Source: Octopus sinensis
Lineage: Eukaryota
Reading direction: 5' to 3'
NCBI RefSeq assembly: GCF_006345805.1
Contig: NC_043000.1
Coordinates: 46,066,001-46,130,000, forward strand
DNA length: 64,000 bases
Numbering within the stretch: the first letter of the stretch is position 1; every line of letters starts with the position of its first letter. A model generated the notes under the pieces. It ran no database searches and was not told where the DNA came from. It worked only from the letters and a program-made list of their open reading frames with translations. Positions 12,810 to 24,683 of this stretch are shown here, one piece after another. Position numbers and translations under genes: made by a program.

Positions 12810-13300
12810 TGTATGTATGTATGTTTACATTTGTATGTCTTTGTGATGTCTCCACCACTGCCTGACAATCATAATTACATCCTTATAACTTAGCTGTCTG
12901 GTGAAAGAGACTTATGAAAAAATAAGCAGCAAGTGATGAATGATATATTGGAAAAAAAAAATGCCAAAAAAGTGTTTGGTGAAATTGCTGAGAGGAGTGA
13001 ACTATCCAAAATTTTAGGCAGAACCCTTTTTTTTTCACTGATGAGAAAACAAGGGAAATTTTAAGAAAGATAGTAGTGACTATGTCTGAGAAACAAGCCA
13101 CATATTGGCTCTGTTTGAGAAGCTGACTGAAAATAATGAAGAATGCAAAAGAGTGTGAGCTTGTAAAGGTAGACAAGAAGAAATAGCGGGATAGAAAAAT
13201 GATATAGATCTTAGTTTTTAATTTGTTTTTTTAACTTTGGATTTTTCTTAGTAATCTTTAAAATTTATATCACTATTTTCCCCCTTCTTTTATATATATA
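11971..13300. repeat. Near-identical tandem duplication (11971-12600 and 12611-13300)
   Basis: ORFs 12187-12480 and 12883-13176 differ at one residue; only a few substitutions/indels outside microsatellites; breakpoints lie in (TA)n. Confidence 0.9.
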
Positions 13301-13430
13301 TATATATCATTGTTTTATGTTTCGATAATTCTTTAAAAGTCAGTAAAGTACACATTTGACAAAGTAGCACAATTTATACAAGAGAAAATGTTTGTGCGTG
13401 AGAGAAAGGGAGTGTGCACGCACATGTGTG

Positions 13431-13465
<35 letters not shown>

Positions 13466-13665
13466 GTATGAGTGTGTGTGTTCACATGTGGGTAAGTGAC
13501 ATAAATCTAGAGAAAACTATGTGGAGGGTGGTGTTTCTTTACAAAAAAACTTAATAGTGCAATAATATCAACAATATAATTTTCATCATTTTTCAGTGTT
13601 TTAGATTTTGGTTTTTCAAGGGATTTTTTTTTCCTCGCTAATTCTTTCCTGTCTTCATTCTGTAG

Positions 13666-13686
13666 TCATATTTAAACTCAGCTGAA
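13666..13686 (+). CDS. Candidate 21-nt exon (SYLNSAE)
   Basis: Long pyrimidine tract attctttcctgtcttcattctgtag, GTAAAT donor, phase 0-0, open. Confidence 0.3.
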
Positions 13687-14037
13687 GTAAATAATAAAAG
13701 TGCACTGACACAAACAAACAAAATTAAAAATTAATGTCCTAATATAATGTCCTGACAGTAAAACCATATATTCCAATCAGTTAAACAAAAATACACTCAG
13801 CAGCTTCTATTATTATTTTTATTCCCGATTTTATCTTTACTACATGTACAAGAATGAGAATACACACACACACACACACAGACACACACACACACACACA
13901 TCATCATCAACCTAGTTAAGAATGCATTCAAAGTGTGTGTGTATGTATGTATATATATATGTGTGTGTATGTGTGTGTGTATTTATTTATTGCCCACAGG
14001 GTGCTAAATATAGAGGAGACAATATATATATACATAC

Positions 14038-14102
<65 letters not shown>

Positions 14103-14524
14103 CATCATCATCATCTTAGCCAAGGATACATTCAAAGATAAATGGAAAAGAATGAGCTTTAATTTAGATGAAATCATTCTCTTATACACACACATATTGT
14201 TGTTGTTGTTGTTGTTTTTGTAGCTGTGATTGTTGTTGGTGTTGTTGTATATGCCTGGTTTAGCTCTGCTTCAATCTCTTCATGCCAATCAGATACTAGA
14301 CTTTTCCTTACATTAGTGTTTCTTAAAGGGTACCTATGAAGAGGTATTTATTCTATTGGTCTTTTTTTACTAAACCATTAAGTTATAGGGAGGCAAATAC
14401 ACCAACACTGGTTGTCAAGTGGAGATGGTGGTGGTGGTGGTGGGAGACAAACACAGACACAAATATGCACACACACATTTTTGTTATATGTATATATATA
14501 TATATATATACATATATATATACA

Positions 14525-14910
14525 TGTGGAGGCGCAATGGCCCAGTGGTTAGGGCAGCGGACTCGCGGTCATAGGATCGCGGTTTCGATTCCCAGACCGG
14601 GCTTTGTGAGTCTTTATTGAGCGAAAACACCTAAAGCTCCACGAGGCTCCGGCAGGGGATGGTGGTGATCCCTGCTGTACTCTTTCACCACAACTATCTC
14701 TCACTCTTACTTCCTGTTTCTGTTGTACCTGTATTTCAAAGGGCCGGCCTTGTCACTCTCTGTGTCACGCTGAATATCCCCGAGAACTACGTTAAGGGTA
14801 CACGTGTCTGTGGAGTGCTCAGCCACTTACATGTTAATTTCACGAGCAGGCTGTTCTGTTGATTCAGATCAACCGGAACCCTCATCGTCGTAACCGACGG
14901 AGTGCTTCCA
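14525..14910 (+). mobile_element. GC-rich tRNA-derived SINE family B, tail type 1 (young)
   Basis: A-box tggcccagtgg, B-box gtttcgattcc, CpGs intact. Confidence 0.9.
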
Positions 14911-14925
14911 TTTATATATATACAT

Positions 14926-15339
14926 ATAGGTGCAGGAGTGGCTGTGTGGTAAGTAGCTTGCTTACCAACCACATGGTTCCGGGCTCAGTCCCACTGCGTG
15001 GCACCTTGGGCAAGTGTCTTCTACTATAGCCTCAGGTCGACCAATGCCTTGTGAGTGGATTTGGTAGACGGAAACTGAAAGAAGCCTGTCGTATATATGT
15101 ATATATATACATATATGTGTGTGTATGTGTTTGTGTGTATGTGTTTTGTTCCCCTAGCATTGCTTGACAACCAATGCTGGTGTGTTTACGTCCCCGTCAC
15201 CTAGCGGTTCGGCAAAAGAGACCGATAGAATAAGTACTAGGCTCACAAAGAATAGGTCCCGGGGTCGATTTGCTAGACTAAAGGCAGTGCTCCAGCATGA
15301 CATCAGTCAAATGACTGAAACAATTAAAAGAGTAAAGGA

Positions 15340-15340
<1 letters not shown>
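14926..15340 (+). mobile_element. SINE family A, full length
   Basis: Homologous to 4627-5057. Confidence 0.9.
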
Positions 15341-15384
<44 letters not shown>

Positions 15385-15841
15385 CATATATAACATGGAC
15401 TCCCCCGTTGTTAGACGATATATGATGGCTTGGCAATTTGTTCCCAAACAACCACACAAAGGATTTGTTTGTAGTGTTCAAATGTTTGTGTTCACATAAG
15501 CTCACTCACTCCATCAAATAAACATTATCCGGACCCATGTGTTTGGGAAGCAAGCTTCTTACCACACAGCCACTCTTGCACCTGTTGTTAGCACACAACT
15601 ACTCATGTACAAGAGTAAACAAGAGAGACAGAGACAGGCAGAAACAAGGAAATGCCCCTTGAATTTGAATACTATGCAAATATTCTTTTAAAAAATCTTT
15701 TCTTTTAATTTTTCCAAATTTGAATTATTCCCCATACTTACAGTTGAAAAAGTCTCAATGACTGAAACCGGTACTGAAATGTTTTTTATAAAATTATTGT
15801 AGCATTTTCTACCTTGACTTTTTTTTCCATATATATATATA

Positions 15842-15880
<39 letters not shown>

Positions 15881-15886
<6 letters not shown>

Positions 15887-16176
15887 ATCACGTGACCGAC
15901 CAGACGATCAGATGTTGTTACACATTGCTGGTCACAATGTGTTTGCATTGTTTTAGCCTTCGAATGACACCACCCTGCTGGCTAAGCGAGCAGGCCAACA
16001 GAAGAAAGAGTGGTGAAAGAGTACAGCAGGGATCCCCCCCCCCCTGCCGGAGCCTCGTGGAGCTTTTTAGGTGTTTTCGCTCAATAAACACACATAACGC
16101 CCGGTCTGGGAATCGAAACCGCGATCCTCCGACCGCGAGTTCGCTGCCCTAACCACTGGGCCATTGCGCCTCCACA
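15881..16176 (-). mobile_element. SINE family B, tail type 2 (young)
   Basis: First about 165 nt close to 14525-14690 in reverse; unrelated 3' tail ending cacgtgatcacgtg. Confidence 0.9.
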
Positions 16177-16179
16177 TAT

Positions 16180-17364
16180 TGCAGTCTTATTGTTACGTCT
16201 TGTTTGTGTTCGTACTCATTGTGCCCCGCTGCTTGAAATTTTATTTTAATTCTCTCGCAGGAAGGCCTATTGGATTAGTGTTCTGTTATGCCTTCGAAAC
16301 ATGCCTGACTCCTCTAGCGACAGCTGATGACGGGGGTTTTGTCCTGTGTAACTGTCCTGTATTTGGTTTTCGTTTTCCGTTTTCTTGTTTTTTGTTTTTT
16401 GGCTTTTTTGTTTCTACGTCTTATTGTGATGTCCTGTACTTCCGTATAATTATTTATATATGCATGTATATATACATGTAGATGTAGGTACGTACATATA
16501 TGTTTGTATGTATGCATATATTTTTATTTATCTCCTTATTGTCTGACAGCGCCCCGCATCAGGTTCGTTCCGATTCGTCGTTTTATCCACTTCTGGTCCC
16601 CTTTTTTTATATTAATATATTATATTGAAGATGCGGTACCTCTCCCTTTGCTTAACCTCTTCAATCTTTCTCCCTCCCCCTCCTCCTCTCTCTTCGCCGC
16701 GTGTCCCCCTCCTCCTTCCCTCTTCCTTGCCTATAAAACAAAATTCCTTTACACGTGGTTACCACTATTGAAAAGACTGCCTCCACGCGCTGCACTACAC
16801 TTTCGTCCTTGCCAGCAAAAAGGCTTCTTCGTTCGTCCCCTTGTGTGGTTAATTTCCTGTATAGTATTCTTGTTATTTTCTCGTTTTGTAACTAATTGTA
16901 CTTTTTGTACATGTATTTTTATTTTTGCAGTTTTATTGTTTGTCTTTGCCAGAAAAAAGGCTTTTTCGTTCGTCCTCTTGTGTTTGTTTTTGTACATGTA
17001 TTTTAATTTTGCAGTCTTATTGTTACGTCTGTTTGTGTTCGTACTCATTGTGCCCCGCTGCTTGAAATTTTATTTTAATTCTCTCGCAGGAAGGCCTATT
17101 GGATTAGTGTTCTGTTATGCCTTCGAAACATGCCTGACTCCTCTAGCGACAGCTGATGACGGGGGTTTTGTCCTTGTGTAACCTGTCCTGTATTGGTTTT
17201 CGTTTTCCGTTTTCTTGTTTTTTGTTTTTTGGCTTTTTCTGTTTCTACGTCTTATTGTGATGTCCTGTACTTCCGTATAATTATTTATATATGCATGTAT
17301 ATACATGTAGATGTAGGTACGTACATATATGTTTGTATGTATGCATATATTTTTATTTATCTCC

Positions 17365-17365
<1 letters not shown>
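16180..17365. mobile_element. Unclassified CpG-rich element: about 357-bp direct repeats around a 473-bp core
   Basis: 16180-16536 is about 97% identical to 17010-17365; core has internal sub-repeats; no TG..CA termini or PBS seen. Confidence 0.7.
16660..16760 (+). promoter_or_regulatory. Pol II promoter-like segment inside the unclassified element
   Basis: C/T-rich tract, TATAAAA at 16732-16738, CACGTG at 16752-16757. Confidence 0.25.
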
Positions 17366-17408
<43 letters not shown>

Positions 17409-17421
17409 GTGTATGTGTATG

Positions 17422-17464
<43 letters not shown>

Positions 17465-18158
17465 ATACATGTGTGTATGTGTAAGTATGTATGTATATAT
17501 ATGCGTGTGTATGTGTATGTGTATATGTACATATGCGCGTACGCTCGTGTGTTTATGCATATGTAGGTACGTAGAGTTATCTATGTGTGTATTTATATGT
17601 ACATGTGTGTAAGTATGTATATATATGTATATATGTATGTGTATGTGTGTGTGTGTATATATGTAGATGTATAGTATGTATATATGTGGTATGTGTATGT
17701 GTATATATATATGTAGTATATGTATATATATTATATATATATATGTATATATATATGTGTGTAAGTTGTATATGTATGTATCCGTCTATATAATAGGTAA
17801 CTGCACGTACATATACTTAATATTTATTATTTATTTTTTGAGTATGCATGTACGAATAAATGCGCGTATATATATTTTACTATTTACTTATTTTTTGAGT
17901 ATGCATGTAAGTATGAATATAAGGAGGCGCGCGTGTGTGTGTGTATGTGTAAGCATAGATATATGTATACTTTTACGCATGTGTGTACTTATGTGTATAT
18001 ATGGATGCGCGCGTGTGTGTGTGTGTGTATGGGTACGCATGTACATGTGTATGTGCGTGTAGTGTATATATATGTATATGTGTGTGTATGCGTATGTGTG
18101 TGTATATATGTGTGTGTGTATATATGTGTATGTGTATATATATGTGAATGTATATATG

Positions 18159-18209
<51 letters not shown>

Positions 18210-19025
18210 ACATGTATGTATTTGTATGTAGGTGTATATGTATGTGTGTGTATTTATATTTATTGGTGTATATATATATAGACTAGCCTTCTAAGAGTGT
18301 AGACATAAATCTGTAGGTACGCGTACGTATGTGTATATACGTGAATGTATATAGATGGATGTATGTATGAATATAACGCGTGCGTGCGTGTATGTGTATG
18401 AGTGTACGAATGAGTGAGAGTACGTGCTAAAGAGTGTGCGTGAGTGAATGAGTGCTTGTTTTCCAGTAGACAGATAAATGGACTGGCTGTCATAGCCAAG
18501 ATGTTTGTGACCAAGCGGCCAAAGATAACAAAAGTAATAAACGAAGATAATAAAATTAAAATTAGGGAATGGGTCTGTATTAGTATGTGTATATATATGT
18601 GTGTATGTGTAGGTTTGCATAGGTACACATATGTATATGTATACATGTATGTATATGTATGTATGTGTGTATATATGTGTATGTATATATATGTGTATAT
18701 AGGGACTAGTGTGCTATGTGTGCATGTGTGTGTGTGGATATGTGTGTGTATGCGTGTATGTGAGTATGTGTGTGTATGTGTATATATATTTTTCTGTGCG
18801 TATATGTATGTGAGGTCGTGTGTGTATATATACATGTGTGTATATATACATGTGTGTATGCATGTGAGTGTGTATGTGTATACATATATGTGTATGTGTA
18901 GATATGTATATGCATGTGCATATGTAAGTGTATATATATGTATATATATGTGTGTGTATGTATGTGTGTATGTATATGTATATATGTTTGTATGTGTGTG
19001 TATGTATGTATACATGTGTGCATAG
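17366..19025. repeat. About 1.6-kb mosaic of alternating purine-pyrimidine microsatellites with unique islands
   Basis: (TA)/(TG)/(CG)/(TATG) mosaic; islands at about 17770-17930 and 18280-18590. Confidence 0.9.
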
Positions 19026-19189
19026 GTATAAGTGAGAATCTCCTTATTTACCTAAAACTCTATCCCCCTTTTTTTTCTTTTTTTTTATATATGGGTTTTT
19101 TTTTTTTATATAGATTTTTTTATATATAGGTTTTTTTATTTTATTTTTTTATTTTTTATTTTTTTATTTTTTTATTTATTCTTCTATCT

Positions 19190-19450
19190 AATTTAACACT
19201 GACTCCTTGACCACTCCCCCAAGTATGATATTTTGTGCTATGCCTACCCCCAAAAAAGTCCCCCAACAACACCCCGTTAAACCTGCCTAAATGTATAAAT
19301 GCCAATATAATTCTTGTTAACTAGCTTCCTGAAGATTTCTCTTGAATGAAACAGTTCTAGTCCTGTAGAAGCTCCTTCTATATAATAAATTAATTTTACT
19401 CTGCTATGTATTGAGTACCTTATTTACTGTGGTTAACCCCGAATCAACCC
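19190..19450 (+). mobile_element. Penelope-like pLTR relic containing a hammerhead-like core
   Basis: agcttc-CTGAAGA-tttctcttgaat-GAAA-cagttctaGTC-ctgta-gaagct at 19323-19373; abuts (TA)n. Confidence 0.4.
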
Positions 19451-19456
19451 GGGACC

Positions 19457-19522
<66 letters not shown>

Positions 19523-19534
19523 TGTATGTATACA

Positions 19535-19700
19535 CACAGGACAATCTTCTTTTATCTTTCATCTACCAGATCCACTCACAAGGCATTGGTCAGCCTGAGG
19601 CTATAGTAAAAGACGCTTGTTCAGTATGCGATGCAGTGAAACTGAATCTGGAACCATGTGGTTGGGAAGCAAACTTTTAACCACACAACGGTGCTTATGC
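19535..19700 (-). mobile_element. SINE family A 5' half (old)
   Basis: Reverse homology to the family A head. Confidence 0.75.
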
Positions 19701-20649
19701 CAGATATTCATGTCTGAATATGCCAGAACATTTTAAGAATGAACAAAAGAAGTAGTGTGCAAGTTCTCAATGCTGCTTGCACCCCATGAATCATTATCTA
19801 TTTGGCAGACATCACAGATAGTTTGCATGCTGATTTCTATAAACAAGAGCTTGTTCTCTTGTCTGATTCATCAGTCCTCTGTCTTAGCTTTGACTGAGAA
19901 GATACACAATGAGATCAAAACACCATAGTATCACAAAGGGAATCACATGTGATACAAACACACATGATAGCAAGGGATGAGCTGTTCTATGATTATAAAT
20001 AAAGCAATCAGTTATATGTTTCAATTTGCCAGAACTTATTAAGAATGGATAAATACATTATCATAATTATAAAAGTTAGGTGTTTTCACTAAATTGTGCT
20101 AACTTCTTTATTAGTTTCAAAATTAATTGAAAAAATTAATTATTAACTGTGTATTTCTTTAGAAATATGGTCCCCAAAGTGTTAAGGTGGATGGTGACAG
20201 TGAAGGGGTTCATAACAATTTAATTAAATAAGTATTATTGCAATAGTTTTTTTGCACATGTTATGGAAAAGATCTCAAGAATTCAAATCTTAGAATATTT
20301 TTCAATCATATTTCTATACAATGCTTATGAATTTCAAATAAAAATTTGAAAATAATCAAGAATTTGAAGAAAAGTTTAGGAAAATAACTTTTTCGTTAAA
20401 TTGGTACCTGAATTCTAATTTAACAATAATTTCATCTACAAAATATACTTGAATATTTTAAAAGACTGTGCATCATAGAATCAGTCAAAATTTGATAACA
20501 AATGCATAATTAACCTAAATATGCAAATGGCTATTTGCTGGTTTTAGCATATAATCATAGATTAATATAAATTACTAGCACAAACATTAACAATTGTAAA
20601 ATATGTTGGTTAAACAAAAAGACTTATGTAGACACAGATATGACCATAT

Positions 20650-20870
20650 ATTCTTTTACTTGTTTCAGTCATTTGACTGAGGCCATGCTGGAGCACCATC
20701 TTAAAAAGTTTTAATCAATTAAATCAACCCCAAGACTTATTCTTTGTAAGCCTAGTACTTATTCTATTGGTCTCTTTTGCTAAACTGCCAAGTTACAGGG
20801 ATAGAAACACACCAACATCGGTTGTCAAGCGATAGTGGGAGAAAAAGCACAAACACAGACATAAACATAC
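20650..20870 (-). mobile_element. SINE family A 3' half
   Basis: cttttacttgtttcagtcatttgactgaggccatgctggagcacc... Confidence 0.85.
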
Positions 20871-21559
20871 ATATACTTGTCTCCCTTGTTAGCCATTAGG
20901 ATAGTGCTTCTGAGGTGATTGTGGCGTTTTGACTCTTATTTCTAGCAATGCTGGTACTACTTAGTACCCTTTGTCACCTTAGGGATGTCTATAACCTTGC
21001 CTATTGGTTGTTAAATTGGTAATAAGCCCCCCATATTATTTGCAGTTTTCACTTTTACTATTTTTGAAATCAATATATGAGTTGATCACATTTCATATAA
21101 GCTGACAAAGTGAGTTGACTTTTACCCTAGGCATTGTAAGAGCCACTGATGAGAATTAAGATGCTGGCATGTATGAAGCGAAAGCCTAAAAGCAGGAACA
21201 TAGGAGATGGACATAAGAGGTGTTGGCGGTCAACAGTCAGGCCAAGAAAGAAAGATCATGGCTGGCTGGACCCCTGTCATGTGGAAGGGGGAAAGATAGG
21301 CAAAGGACAGTGGGATTGAAGGATTAGAAAAATGCAGAGACAAAGAGAAAGGTACAAGGGAGATAAATGAGGGGAAATTGTAGGAGTTAAAGAAAGAAAG
21401 GGCCAAGAAATGTCAGAGAGAGGGGGAGCAAGAAAAAGACAAAAGGAAGAAAGTGAGAAGGAGACTAAAAGATAGGGTAAAAGTTGTACAAAATTTAGAT
21501 ATATACCAACTATAAGGTGAGAACAAGTGTGTACATATGCTGCTATTTATATATATATA

Positions 21560-21815
21560 TATCATCATCATCATCGTTTAACGTCCGTTTTCCATGCTAG
21601 CATGGGTTGGACGGTTCAACCAGGGTCTGGGAAGCCAGGAGGCTGCACCAGGCTCCAGTCTGATTTGGCAGTGTTTCTACAGCTGGATGCCCTTCCTAAC
21701 GCCAACCACTCCATGAGTGTAGTGGGTGCTATTTACATGCCACCGGCACAGGTGCCAGGGGAGGCTGGCAGCGGCCATGATCAGTTGGTGCTTTTTATGT
21801 GCCACTGGCACAAAT
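21560..21815 (-). mobile_element. RTE-type LINE 3' end
   Basis: (CAT)n-cgtttaacgtccgttttccatgctagcatggg... Confidence 0.85.
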
Positions 21816-21823
21816 GCCATATG

Positions 21824-21924
<101 letters not shown>

Positions 21925-21989
21925 AAAAGTAAAGGCTTTTTATGAAAAGTAATGATAGATAGATATACAATCAGATGACCTGAGGTAGG

Positions 21990-22340
21990 AATAAAAGTAA
22001 TAAAAGTCATCATTGTGAATTGTTAAAGAGATTCAAAAGCATACCAGTTTCGTAAAATTACTGATCACTGCTTTGAATACACACCGATTACCGAATGGCG
22101 TCGGATCTACTAGTCCCTGAGTAAAAAGTTTATGTGTAAGGGAGGTAAGTAGTTCTGGATTTGGTGCAATTAGTGTAGATATAGTGTAGATATATATAAT
22201 GTGAATGGTGTATGGGATGTAAGGGTGGTATTAATTGAAAGGTTAGTAGTGTTCTGTATTAAGTTATGTGTTCATAGTGAGTTGTGGAAGATATTTATTG
22301 ATGAAAGTTACATCTTTATTCATTCTTTGCTGTATGGTTG
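21990..22340 (-). mobile_element. Penelope-like 3' end and pLTR relic
   Basis: Minus-strand TFINKYLPQL resembles the PLE ORF terminus; followed by a hammerhead motif. Confidence 0.55.
22031..22078 (-). ncRNA. Minimal type I hammerhead ribozyme relic
   Basis: attcaaagca-GTGATCA-gtaattttac-GAAA-CTGG-TA-tgcttttgaat: 10-bp helix I, helix II, NUH = GUA; core differs from CTGATGA at 2 positions. Confidence 0.55.
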
Positions 22341-22749
22341 TTGGCAATTAGGAAGGGTATCAGTTATAGAAACTATACCAAAGCAAGCACTGACGCTCAC
22401 CCCAGCCTTCTAGTGAGTTAAATCCTATCCAAACATCCAACCCATGACAGTATGGAAGATGGACATGAAATGATGATGATATAGCTCTATATACATTGTA
22501 TCTGAAATAAGATTTCATAATGCTTGTGGCTTGTACAGCTTTGATTATAGATCTGCTCAGTCAGAAAGCTGACCTGAAGCTAAACAAAACAACAACAGCA
22601 GCAGTAGCAGCAGCAGTAGAACTGGTAGTGTCATTAGAGTATTAGACCAAATGTTTTGCAGTGTTTATTCTGGTTCTCTACATTTTGAGTAAAATTCTGG
22701 CCAAGATCAATTTTTCCTTTCATCCTTCATTACTTTATTTAAGTACCAG

Positions 22750-23070
22750 TCTTGGGCAGTTAGTGGTTAAGGGCATTTAGCTCGTGATCATAAGATAATG
22801 AGTTCAAAAACCGTTGGCATGTTTTGTCCTTGAGCAAGACACTTTATTTTCACATTGCTCCAGTTCACACAGCTGGAAAAAATTAGCAATACTGTGAATT
22901 CAGAGGGCCGGCCTCGTTGCATTCTGTGTCATGCAGTATCTCCCTGAGAACTGTGCTAAGGGGACATGTGTCTCTGAAGTGCTCAGCCACTTGCATGTTA
23001 ATTTCACAAGTAGGCTGTTCTATTGATTGGACCAACTGGAGCCTTTGGCATCATAACTGATGGAGTGCCT
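22750..23070 (+). mobile_element. Hybrid SINE: family D head/core plus family B type 1 tail
   Basis: 5' part matches 10185-10300; 3' part (cagagggccggcc...gatggagtgcc) matches 14740-14905. Confidence 0.75.
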
Positions 23071-24643
23071 GTCTCAGACAGTAGACTGGCATAATTATCT
23101 GACATTTGAGCAGCACATGTGGTATTTCTTCCTATTCTTAATGCTATGAATTCAAATCTTGCTACGGCCTACTTGTTTGATAGACTTAATCCATCACCAA
23201 GTTTAACATGACCTAGTTCCTCATGAGCCTTTTCTGGGTACACTCTGTTGCAAGGATTTGGTCAAGTCTCTTCTTCCTTACAGTCTTGGAGGTCCTGTAA
23301 AGGGACATAGGCACTGACTAAGCGATAAAAAACCCCAACAAACTTTACATTTGTCTTCCTAAAAGACTGCAGCTTTATATTAGTATTATATCATGTATTG
23401 TATCCCACATTTACTAACTCAGTCATACCACAGTCTGTTTGAGATATTGTTTAGTGTTAGTCAGCTCTAAGTAATCATGTCAATGAATACTGACTTTCCA
23501 ACCTTAATTAACCTGCACTTTTGTACATCCAGGACTACTCCATGCAATGTATTCTTCTATTAGAAGAACACATAAGAGAGTAAAATGTAATCTGAGTTGT
23601 TCTTTGGCTGATATTTTAAGCCCTTTTGTTGGCTCATCCCTCTGGTTAAGTTCCTGAGGTTATAGTTTATGTTATCGTTACTTGAATATAAAATAACACC
23701 TCTGAAATGAGCTGATGAAGAATCTTCTATGGGGTCACTCAGTTTACTAAAATAATAGCTAAATCACCAACAATCACACCTTACAAACTGAAAGAGAAGT
23801 AAGGGTATGCTAGATGATAACATAATCCTAGCTTGTGGATCATCACTTGTGGGAGCTGAGAAAGAGAAAATTCTATTTTCTGTCAATCAATGTGCACAAA
23901 TCTAATGTTCCATCTTTGGACATGCTAGTCAATTCCAAGATAATATTTCATTATTATATTGTTCCTATTTCATAAATAATCCCTCTTTTCATGGAAAAGT
24001 TGATCTGTACCAATATTTCTCATTTACTTGATGTGAGTTTCAACAGATTTTAGTAAGTGTCAAAGTGTTTATATACTGTATAATTTTAGCATTGATTTAT
24101 TGCTAATAGGCTAAAGAAGGGCATATATGTTCCATTATTGATTTATGAATTAAAGCAATACACTTTATGCACTTAATCAATAGGATTGTTAACACACAAT
24201 CAATTCTATAAAAATTAATGACAATAATTTCTGATTTAATTAATTACATATTGATGCTATTCAACTTCTTATCTTTTAATTATTAATAGCTAAGCCACTG
24301 TTAACGAATTTAATGCAGGAAATATTAAAAGAAACTAACTAGAAAGAATTATGCAATGAAGAAAAAAATTAGTTTTAGTCAATTACTAATATCATTTTAA
24401 TTTTAATTTAATGACTAATAAAATCAAAATAATATTAGTCTGTTTTACCTCACTGCATAAATTTTTCTAGTTAACTTTTTAGCGTTTGCTGCATTAAAAT
24501 GTTAACACTACCGTAACTATTATTTTTCTTGCAACTCTAAATTCATTAATTGTTAACTCCAGTCATTAAAATATTAGCAATCAGTTGCTAGTGATTCTTT
24601 TCTGTCTTTTTTTCTTTTTTCTTAATTTGTATGCCATCACCAG

Positions 24644-24683
24644 GAACTGCTAAATGAAAGCAATAAATAGCTAAATAATTTAG
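24644..24683 (+). other. Candidate 40-nt exon with stops in all frames (terminal-coding, poison or UTR exon)
   Basis: More than 30-nt pyrimidine tract + tgccatcaccag acceptor; TAG|GTAAGA donor; frame 0 reads ELLNESNK*. Confidence 0.35.

Noticed and set aside
14525-14600. tRNA gene
   Set aside because: A/B boxes continue into a SINE body; no acceptor-stem closure; multiple copies
16504-17181. 225-aa hydrophobic ORF
   Set aside because: Product of T-rich sequence in the unclassified repeat; no ATG context or domain recognised
17193-19129. Long ORFs rich in Y/I/C/V/H/T (up to 251 aa)
   Set aside because: Translations of RY microsatellites, open because the repeats lack stops; same for similar ORFs at 7.0, 21.7, 38.1, 48.0, 58.1 and 59.5 kb
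19825-19875. Minus-strand CTGATGA-hairpin-GAAA motif
   Set aside because: 7-bp stem present, but no NUH site and no helix I
21140-21190. CTGATGA...CGAAAG hammerhead-like string
   Set aside because: Helices I and II do not pair and helix III is not formable
23785-23787. Minus-strand 3-nt microexon (ctctttcag|TTT|gtaagg)
   Set aside because: Lies inside a decayed family E repeat; likely chance
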